A DNA stretch of 64,000 nt. Source: Octopus sinensis. Its lineage: Eukaryota. The notes below the pieces were generated by a model. That model saw only the letters and a program-made list of their open reading frames with translations. It ran no database searches and had not been told where the DNA came from. This document shows, one piece after another, positions 54,076 to 64,000 of the stretch. The stretch is taken from the NCBI RefSeq assembly GCF_006345805.1, contig NC_043009.1:26102001-26166000 (forward strand), written 5' to 3'. Numbering within the stretch: the stretch's first letter is position 1; every line of letters starts with the position of its first letter. The position numbers and the translations under genes were made by a program.

Positions 54076-54405
54076 ATCAGTTTTGTACATTATTTACATT
54101 ATTTACATTCGACGGATATTTGTCTTTATCTTGTTTATTGTTAACACAACGTTTCGGCTGATATAACCTCTAGCCTTCATCAGGTGTCTTGGGGAAATTT
54201 CGAACTCGGGTTCTCATTCTTAAGGTATTTTTCGATGTTGTTGTTGTTATTATTATTATTATCATCATTATTATTATTATTATTATTATTATCATTATTA
54301 TTCAGGTCACTGCTTGGAATCGAACTCGGAATCTTGGGGTTAGTAGCCCTCTTAACCACTACACCATGTGCCCACAGGGATATATTGAACAGTATCAGTT
54401 TTGTA
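54076..54405 (-). mobile_element. tRNA-headed SINE carrying a hammerhead ribozyme
   Basis: Head 54373-54303 (A box TGGTGTAGTGG, B box GAGTTCGATTCC), (AAT)n linker, HHR at 54188-54143; 12-bp direct repeat ATCAGTTTTGTA at 54076-54087 and 54394-54405. Confidence 0.8.
54143..54188 (-). ncRNA. Minimal type-I hammerhead ribozyme; predicted cleavage after GUU (between 54148 and 54147)
   Basis: GACAC-CTGATGA-A-GGCT(AGAGGTTATATC)AGCC-GAAA-CG-TT-GTGTT. Confidence 0.8.
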
Positions 54406-56789
54406 TCACCTTTATCTGGGGACCCATACAATGAAATACTAATTGCATATTAAGGATGTAACAGATTATGAATGGTGGCTGTGCAAGTTCTGGTGGTGGT
54501 GGACGATCTCCGTCGTTCTACGACGACGATTCAGTTGTTTCATCGACTGAATTATCCGCTCCTGCATTAACATGTGAATGGCTGAGTATCCCACAGCCAC
54601 GTGTACCTATAATGTAATTTTGTGGCAGAATCAGAGAGATACATTGTATGACAAGCATTTACCTGAAAGGGTATTTATATTTTCTGTCTACTCGATGTCT
54701 CTCACAGATTATGGGACCGCCATGAGACTATAGAAAATGACGTATGCCCAATATACCACGCTGCAAGTGATTAGGAAATTAACTGTTTAACCATTCGGCT
54801 GTACTGCGCCAACTACGACCGATCATATTCTTCCCTTCCAATGCGTGACCTTCAGCCAATATATTCAATCAATATTTAGTTTATTAGAAGAGGATCGATG
54901 GATTAATAGAATTGAGATATCAAGTTACTTCACCTGATATTCTGATTTCGAATCTCACCGCGGCCAGCTTTTGCATTTCACCCATCCAGGATCGATACAA
55001 TGCCTACCAAATGCCCCAACATTAACATTTATTGAAAAGACATAAGGTGCAAAGCGATTCCAGCAGTGACCGTTCCGTATTTTAGTATACCAAGGATTAA
55101 TTGTAAAATGAGTCCATATTTTTTTAACGCTTGATGTATTTGAAGGGTTTTTGCTGCTATTTTTAGCAGCTTTAATGACCATACAAATGTACTCTCGTTG
55201 GTTTGTATATAGAGAGTGCAGCAGAATAACTTCTCATATTTCACACGACCATTAATATAGCAATAGTTGAGTTAGGAAGATGGTAACAGTGCCTCGACGG
55301 TAGAGACGTTTCGGCACAACCGCCTTGGCGCTTCTTGTTAGGTGTCACAGATTCGAAGCTGGCTTATTTGACATCTGAGATTTTAAATGTTCCTCTCGTT
55401 CTCTCCTTCCATCTCCTCCTCTTCCTCCTCCCCTTTCTTCTCCTCCCCTTCCTTCTCTTCCCATTCCTCTTCCTCCTCCTCCTCCCCTTCTTCCTCTTCT
55501 TCCTTTTCCTCCACATTCTCTCTGTCTCTCTCTCTCTCTGTCCCTTTCTCTGTTTATATGTGTAAGCACATGTCTTTTTATGTGTATGAGAAGAGGAAAA
55601 GTGTTTAAGTCAATCGTGTTCAATACATAACTTGTAAGGTATATCTCTCTCTCTCTCCCCCCCTCTCTCTCTACGTGTGTGTATTTCCACATGCGCGCGG
55701 ATATTTGCCTACATTGATTAAAAGTAATGCCATCAAAACAAACTGACCGTCCAGTTAACTGCGGCAAATCGACAGCGCTCCATCCGTTTCGCCCAATCGT
55801 TTCATTCTGTGTCTCTATTTAGCTAATTCTTCATCGCTTTACTTTTTAAATTCCCATCATACTTTCTACCAGTACATATTGTGTATTTTCTGTTGAAAAA
55901 TTTATCAAAAATGGTGAGTGAAATATTGACGAGTAAAAAAAAAAAAAAAAAAATAGTATTATTTCTTTTCAAATCTTCTTTATTGTTAAATTACATTAGT
56001 TTCTAAGACATCCCTGGATATTAAGAAGCAGAGTAAGGAAGGTTATCGAAGAATTGGTAATAATTATTAATATTCTCAAGAGGGCCTTTCTCTTCATTTT
56101 CTTTTATTTCATGGTGCCTTATGGCAAATTTCGTTTCTTAGAAGTCAGATAAACTTTTATTTTACGTAAAGTGTTAGTGATAAATTTTAAAATACATAGT
56201 GAGGAAACATACTTATATAAAGATATAGATGAATACATACGAAAATATATACATATGTATGAAAATACGAGTATGCACACATACACATGTGGTTATAATA
56301 GTAAATGATTCAACCGCAGTTTATAAACGCTATCATTTCCAGGTAAAGAATGTGATCAGGTGACCTGCACTTCCCAAATATAATCTGCAAGTGGAACAGG
56401 AAAAATATGCAAGACTTTTCTAAAATTCAGCATGTAACAATTTTCGTCACTGTTATCCAAATTCCAGTGATGGAAAATTGTTTCTTTGTGAGAAACTATG
56501 TCTTTCTTTCTAAGGAGAATTCTTAAAAACTACCCCCTCCCCAGTTACATAGAGTACTCATTAATAAAACAGACATGTATGCGCACAGTGATTTAAGTTG
56601 CAGCCATTTTCCCCGTTTTTATATGATTGACAGTTAGTTGTTGATGTTGTTGTTATTCTTGCCGCAGTTATTGTTTAACCTCAGATGAATTCTGATTTGA
56701 CAGACATATATTCCAGCCGTGACATTTCTCTTCCTTTCTTTGATATAGAACTGCATTATAGAATTATATTTCTATTTTGGTACAAAATC

Positions 56790-56975
56790 AACAATTTCCG
56801 GGGATGAGGTAAGTTGATAAGATTGACTTCAGAGCTCAACTAGTATTAATGTTTCGACCCCGATAGGAGGAAAGGCAGACCTCGATGTAATTTGAACTGA
56901 GAACGTAGAAACAGACGAAATTTCACTAAGTATTTTGCCTGGCGTGATAACGAATCTGCTAGCCCACCGCCGTAA
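56790..56975 (-). mobile_element. Family A SINE, decayed
   Basis: TCGACCCCGATAGGAGGAAAGGC...TTTGAACTGAGAACGTAG...GGCGTGATAACGAATCTGCTAGCCCACCGCC. Confidence 0.7.
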
Positions 56976-57727
56976 TAATCCTTCTATTTAAAAACAATAG
57001 AGTGTTATTTGAGAAAGGTTTGACTGCCATGTTTAAGAGATTGACCGACGGTGTAGAAGTTCCCTCCATAAGTTCAGCAAGTAACTGTTAATTCCTTTCC
57101 AACCTGTTATCATTTTCTTTCCTAAGATGTCTACCCTAGACCGTAGAAATACATGGTATGAGACCCTGCACCGCAAAACAGCAATTTCTTTAACTCTGTC
57201 GAACATTTAGCTAGAACGTTCAGCCTAAAATATTTAACACAGTCATAATCAACCACTCAACCACTGTCGATGAGCTTTTCCTTTTCTTTGTTATTCAACC
57301 TGCATGACATAGAAAGCGAAATTCATTCAAATTGTACCTAAGAGTTTTAACAATGGTAGAACATATTGGAAAATATAGTTGTATATATTTTGCAAAACTG
57401 AGGAGAAATATTACCCAATGCAATAAGTATCATTTAAAATCAGTACTTCACAAAACGGTCCGTCAAGACAGTTCTCGTATTTTGCGCACACATTGAAAAT
57501 ATAGAAATAAAATAATTTCGTTTAAAAAATTTCTATCACAGCTAAAGACTTTCTAATATATACATACATGTATACATACATACATACATACATACATAAT
57601 ACATACATACATACATACAATAACGGATTACTAGGGCTCTGATGACGGAATATCCCATACACATATAATCACGCATACATACACACACATACATACATAA
57701 TACATACATACATACATACATAATACA

Positions 57728-57761
<34 letters not shown>

Positions 57762-57785
57762 CATACATACATACATACATACATA

Positions 57786-58101
57786 CAGTTGGAATAAAAA
57801 TAAAAAATTGTAGAAACTGAAAATGCCTGAGAGCTAAAATGTTGCTATATTTAATTACTAGAAAAATGCTAAATTTTCGCTCAGATCAATTAAGAACATT
57901 TACTCTCTCAAGCCCTATAATCTCCGAACATGAGGATTTTTCGAAATTGTTTACAACAGCGGAGTATGAGGTGTTTGAGGGAGTAAATGCCCTTGATTGA
58001 TCTCAACAAAAATGTTGTATCCTTCTAGTAATTAAATATAGCAATATTTTAGCCCTCAGGCACTTTCAAGTTTCACAATTGCTTATTTTCACTCCAACCT
58101 A
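57786..58101. mobile_element. MITE / fold-back DNA element with about 135-bp diverged arms
   Basis: TTGGAATAAAAATAA...TAATTACTAGAA pairs with TTCTAGTAATTA...TTTTCACTCCAA; inner AGATCAATTAAGAACATTTACTCTCTCAA also pairs. Confidence 0.75.
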
Positions 58102-58443
58102 ATACATACATACCTTCTGTAAAGATACGGACAAAAGGGCACACAAACACATCCATGGAAGGAGCGTGTAATTAAGTAAGCTCAACGTAAGTAGGAGGTG
58201 TCTGAGCCTACAAGATAAATGACATGGTAAATATCAGTTTGCCTATATCAAGTAGTATTAGTGTTCTCCATATGTAAAACTACATATCTTTGAAACTTCT
58301 TGCAGCACATATGGGACGACAAATCTGCATCGAGTCTAAAACTTGAATTATACAAAGACAAATTCCAACTGGCCTCAGTAGTAAGTTCTACATATCTCAT
58401 ATGTTTAATTATATCTGAATTAGTAATCAGTAATTGTACAGAA

Positions 58444-58733
58444 TGTGGAGGCGCAATGGCCCAGTGCTTAGGGCAGCGGACTCGCAGTTGGAGGATCGCG
58501 GTTTCTATTCCCAGACTGGACGTTGTGTGTGTTTATTGAGCGAAAACACCTAAAAGCTCCACGAGGCTCCGGCAGGGGGTGGTGGTGACCCCTGTTGTAC
58601 TATTTCACCACAACTTTCTCTCACTCTCTCTTCTTGTTTCTTGAGTAACGCTGCGATGGAGTGGCGTCCCGTTCAGCTGAGGGGAACACATACGCAACAG
58701 AAACCGGGAAACCGGGTCCAAGAGCCTGGCTAG
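58444..58733 (+). mobile_element. SINE family B, 3' truncated
   Basis: Close match to 53322-53643. Confidence 0.9.
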
Positions 58734-59454
58734 TACGCAATATATCTGAAACTTACTAATACATAATCCACTCAAGGCAAGTGGTTTTCAATTACTTTTT
58801 GAAAAAGTATGATTAAATGTCTTGTATTCTCAATTCGAAATTCAAATCTAGGGTCGGGATAGGGTGAGATTCGTAGCAGGTTTTATAGCCGTATCGGGTT
58901 TCCCAAATCTTTCTCTCACATTCTTTGCACTCAAAAAATATAATCACCTATCAAATATAATGCTAGTTTAACCTCCATAAACTTAGTTCGCTTCACACCA
59001 CGGCATTGAATGGACCTTCAATAAATTTGCATAGATTAATAATCAGACTAATGTAACTGGATGCAAATGAAACCGAGAGGTGTCTGTGCATCAGAAACGT
59101 GCGTCAGATGCATTTAGATCAAATATACTGTACAGTTGACTGTAGGAAAAATATGCAGATGTGCTAATCTTTGTATTCATTATAATCGTCTTCGATAAAC
59201 CCCCAGGGAAATGATTATAATGTAACGAAGCGAATCTAGGATTTACCCATCGGATGAAATACAGTGAGATTGATTACCTTACGTAATCCTAGGTACTCCT
59301 TACAATTCGATGCGCTTAGATATAAGGTGGATTATAGCGGAGTGCCTGCACGGTACTCATCTGGACATTCTATAACTATCTATTTTTATATTATATATAT
59401 ATATATATTAATATTTTTCAGTCTCTCTAAAGGAGACTTCGGCAGCGCTACTGG

Positions 59455-59655
59455 ATATTAATAGTTATCGCCAAGCTAATATGGCAGTCCAGAAATATAG
59501 GACGAATGCTGCCGTTGAATACCTTCAAGAGGCGATCGCCTCTAGCTAGCTATCACATAGCCAGCTAGATGCAATGGCCTGTTGGAGTTAATCAACGGCA
59601 GCATTCGTCCTATATTTCTGGACTGCCATATTAACTTGGCGATAACTATTAATAT
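59455..59655. repeat. 64-bp inverted repeat with a structured 73-bp spacer
   Basis: 59455-59518 versus 59592-59655, one mismatch. Confidence 0.9.
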
Positions 59656-59689
59656 ATATATATATATATGTATATATATACATACATAC

Positions 59690-60380
59690 ATAGTGGTTGT
59701 CTATTCCTTACGCAGAGTCTGACTACCTCTTGTACTTACACCTTAGAGGCATCATGGCGTCTGATGTGGCTTTTTAAAGCAGACAATTTTCTGAAAAGAT
59801 ACCCACACAGATTGTAAATCCAATTTGGACCACCAAGAGCTGCAGATAAGTTCTGATCTCTGTGGATCTTAAAATGTGTTTTGAAGCCTCCGTTTGATTT
59901 GCAAACCTTCTGGCATACACTGCATTCAAAGGTGTGCACAGACATATAGGCAGAATGGTTGGGGGAGGTTCGTTTTCCATGGGTTCGCAGATGAGATTTG
60001 AACCCAGCAAAAGACAGGCATGGTCTGTCACAGACTGTGTACACAAAAAGGTCATTCTCATTCACCCTCTCGATCGTCACATTCTTCCTTAGATCTCTTT
60101 TGATTCTTACAATGCCTTTTCAAATGCTTTCACTCCGCTTCACACTTTTTGTTCGCCATCCAACTCGATCCGCAGCCTTATGCTGTCCTTACACCTTTTT
60201 TAAAGGTTTACGCCGATAGGGTTTCCTCTCTGCAAACTCACCATAAAACAGCTGTTTCGGCATGCGTTCACCAGCCATTCGAACAATATGGCCACAACAT
60301 ATCATTTGGTTCCTCAAAATCATAACTTTAATTGAAGTGATACCAGAAACAGCTGTAAGACTTTGGATTCTTTGCAATAA
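59690..60380 (-). pseudogene. RTE-type LINE 3' fragment with three C2H2-like fingers
   Basis: SIKVMILRNQMICCGHIVRMAGERMPKQLFYGEF (RTE motif), then YTVCDRPCLSFAGFKSHLRTH, CSVCQKVCKSNGGFKTHFKIH, YNLCGYLFRKLSALKSHIRRH. Confidence 0.8.
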
Positions 60381-60434
60381 TAATATTGTATATGACTTGC
60401 TTTAATCTTTGCCGTCCTCTTTAACAATAATATC

Positions 60435-60512
<78 letters not shown>

Positions 60513-60792
60513 GTATGTATTATGTATGTATGTGTATGTGTGTGTATGTATGCGTGAGTATAAGTGTATGGGATATTCCGTCATCAGAGACCTGGTAATC
60601 CGTTACAGCTTTTACCTAGCGTACCTAATCGTTTAGATCACCTATGAACTAAACCCCCATACTTTGTGTGTCTGTGTATATATACATACATATATATACA
60701 TATATATATGTATATGTATGTATATATATCTATATATACATATATATATATATACATATACATATATATATATATATATATATGTATATATC

Positions 60793-60843
<51 letters not shown>

Positions 60844-60891
60844 ACATATATATATAATAATATTTATATATATTATATTATACATATACAT

Positions 60892-60982
<91 letters not shown>

Positions 60983-60985
<3 letters not shown>

Positions 60986-61053
60986 CTCAACTGCAAATAA
61001 AAGTCTCCAGACAATGCATACTCAGAAAATTTTTATAAATTATATTATATATA

Positions 61054-61092
<39 letters not shown>

Positions 61093-61110
61093 ATATACAT
61101 ATATATATAT

Positions 61111-61162
<52 letters not shown>

Positions 61163-61955
61163 AAAATTTTCTGAGTATGCATTGTCTGGAGACTTTTATT
61201 TGCAGTTGAAGAAATAGCCATATTTTTGGCTGCTATTTCTGAAAAGTTCGGTGTGTGGTAAAGTGATTTTTTTTACTTTACCATATTTTTATAAATTAAT
61301 ACTTCAAATACACCGTAAATGGTCTTTACATACCGAATACTGCTTGGTCGAATTTATTAACAATTAATTAATTCTACCCCCTTTTTTGATGACAATATAA
61401 TGCTTTTCTCTCCAAGAATTTGAACTGCAGTTTTTACCTCTGTAGAAATGTAATGCTCTATGACTCACGTGGGTGGACAGGGAGAATAATAGATCTCATT
61501 CGTATTTTTGGATTCGCTAGTACTGGGTGTCTGGCATGGTTTGTCCGATGTTACAGATATTGGACGGGTATGTTTGATTCTTAGTATTTTCAAATCTAAA
61601 TCAGAAGAAATCTCTGAGCCTATGAAGGAAAAGTGGCGTTTTACCCACAAATCCAGAAACAGACTGTCCTCGGGTATCGTATATGAATGTGATCTTTCAT
61701 TGTTTTTCCCTTATACCTATGTGAGGTATTTTTCTGAGTATGCATTGTCTGGAGACTTTTATTTGCAGTTGAAGAAATAGCCATTTTTTGGCTGCTATTT
61801 CTGAAAAGTTCGGTGTGTGGTAAAGTGAATTTTTTTACTTTACCATATTTTTATAAATTAATACTTCAAATACCACGTAAATGGTCTTTACATACCGAAT
61901 ACTGCTTGGTCGAATTTATTAACAATTAATTAATTCTACCCCCCTTTTTTGATGA
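60983..61955 (-). mobile_element. Penelope-like insertion with pseudo-LTR architecture
   Basis: Direct repeat of about 228 bp (61165-61393, 61728-61955) around a unique segment, plus an inverted partial copy (60983-61039) across (TA)n. Confidence 0.7.
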
Positions 61956-62003
61956 CTATATATATATATGTATATGTATGTATGATATATTATCTATATA
62001 TAC

Positions 62004-62050
<47 letters not shown>

Positions 62051-62179
62051 ATATATTATATATTATGTATGTATTATATATATCTATATATACATATATA
62101 TATACATATACATATATATTATATATATATTATGTATGTATATATATCTATATATACATATATATATATATACATATAC

Positions 62180-62211
<32 letters not shown>

Positions 62212-62218
62212 ATATATC

Positions 62219-62292
<74 letters not shown>

Positions 62293-62304
62293 TTTATTAT
62301 ATAT

Positions 62305-62353
<49 letters not shown>

Positions 62354-62440
62354 CATATACATACATATATATATATATATATTTATTTATATATATATAT
62401 ATATATTATATATATGTATATGTATGTATGTATATATATG

Positions 62441-62471
<31 letters not shown>

Positions 62472-62557
62472 ATATATATATATATACATATATATTATAT
62501 ATGTATGTATATGTATATATATATTATGTATATATAGATATATATACATACATATAC

Positions 62558-62607
<50 letters not shown>

Positions 62608-62757
62608 TATATATAGGGCATTATTACACATAAATGCAGCACGCTAGGAGGGACTATATATGTATAGGTATATGTATTTATTATTATGTATATATATATA
62701 TATAGAGAGAGAGATAGAGATAGATAGATAGATACATATATATATATATAATATATA

Positions 62758-62780
<23 letters not shown>
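61955..62780. repeat. Long degenerate (TA)n satellite with recurring sub-units
   Basis: TATGTATGTATATATATCTATATATACATATATATATATATACATATAC recurs here and at about 60715. Confidence 0.9.
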
Positions 62781-62789
<9 letters not shown>

Positions 62790-62977
62790 TGGTGTACATA
62801 TATATTATTCTTGAATGAGAATATTGTTGTCAGTGACTTCGACGTTTCAGCGGAGCAACCCATAATCGAACGTCACTATCAATAGTATTCTTGTTTAAGA
62901 ATAATAAATTTCTACTCTACAAAATCATAGAAGAACCTGGAGATTAATGTAAAATTGTTTTTAAGCGAACATTAATA

Positions 62978-63012
<35 letters not shown>

Positions 63013-63199
63013 ATTAAAGAAAAGGCAAAGATGAAATGAACTGCGAACAAATGTGTAAAACCTACTCTCATACAAGTGCACGTATGTGAACACAAGATCA
63101 TACATCTATATACACGCATACTTATTCATATAACGCGTATATACACAAGCACACATAGAGAAACGAGCAATAGTACGCACATACACACACACACGCGCG

Positions 63200-63230
<31 letters not shown>

Positions 63231-63444
63231 AGAGTATGAGAGCGGCGGGAAGAGATCTGTAAAGATGTCTAAGAACTGGTGAAGTATAGAAAACAATGAT
63301 AGATACACACGCACGCATAAACACACTTATACACCCATATACATACATATACATATATGCGCATACATATACATACATACATACACATTACTGAAAATAT
63401 TCGTTCATAGACGTATTTTGTAAAACCTAGAGTTACGTCTGCAT

Positions 63445-63850
63445 GCGTGTTCGGGTGTGTGTGTGTCTGTGTGTATGCTTGCTTGTGGGAGTGTGATGTG
63501 TGTGTGTTTGTGTGTGCGTGCGTGTGTGTGTGCGTGCTTGTGTCTGTGTCTACGTGTGTGCTTGCTTGTGAATGTGTGTTTGTATGTGTGTGTGTGCTTA
63601 TGTTTGTGTGTATGTGTCTGTGTGTGTGTCCGTGTGTGTGTGCTTGTGTGTGTGCTTGTGTGTGTGTGTGTGTGCTTGTGTGTGTGTGTGCTTGTGTGTG
63701 TGTGTGCTTGTGTGTGTGTGTGCTTGTGTGTGTGTGCGTGCTTGAGTGCGTGTCCGTGTATGTGTGCGAGCTTGTGTGTGTATGTGTGCGCGTGCTTGTG
63801 TGTGTGTAAGTGTGGGTATGTGCGTGCGTGTGTGCGCGCGCGCGTGTGTA
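63445..63850. repeat. (TG)n / TGTGCTTG degenerate microsatellite
   Basis: Direct inspection. Confidence 0.95.
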
Positions 63851-64000
63851 GTTACTTAAGACAGATCGATAAAGTAAAACAAGCCAATCGCATGACTACT
63901 TGTCATCAAATCACTTCGGAAATCGCTCGTGCGTTTCCGAAAAAAAAAATTGAATAACGCCAGTGAAAAAGAAGACCAAAAGACAAAACAAAACAAAAGT

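Overview
AT-rich, microsatellite-dense eukaryotic non-coding DNA, most likely intronic or intergenic sequence from an octopus or other coleoid cephalopod. The taxon is inferred from my recollection of the SINE families and the repeat landscape, not from a search. No intact host protein-coding gene is recognisable, and nearly all ORFs in the supplied track are translations of (TA)n, (CA)n, (TATG)n, (TATC)n and triplet repeats. Recognisable content: many tRNA-derived SINEs from at least four families, a decayed mariner transposon (46811-48010) plus a second mariner fragment, and 3' fragments of RTE, CR1-like and Hero/NeSL-like LINEs. The two RTE fragments end in three tandem C2H2 fingers. There are also Penelope-like (PLE) termini and one MITE. 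The most notable signal is about a dozen minimal type-I hammerhead ribozyme (HHR) motifs, intact or decayed. They include a back-to-back pair in a 71-bp inverted repeat (11954-12112) and a tRNA-headed SINE carrying a near-canonical HHR in its 3' half (54076-54405). The window also contains many fold-back inversions, several centred on (TA)n tracts. Coordinates were counted by hand and repeat boundaries are approximate.
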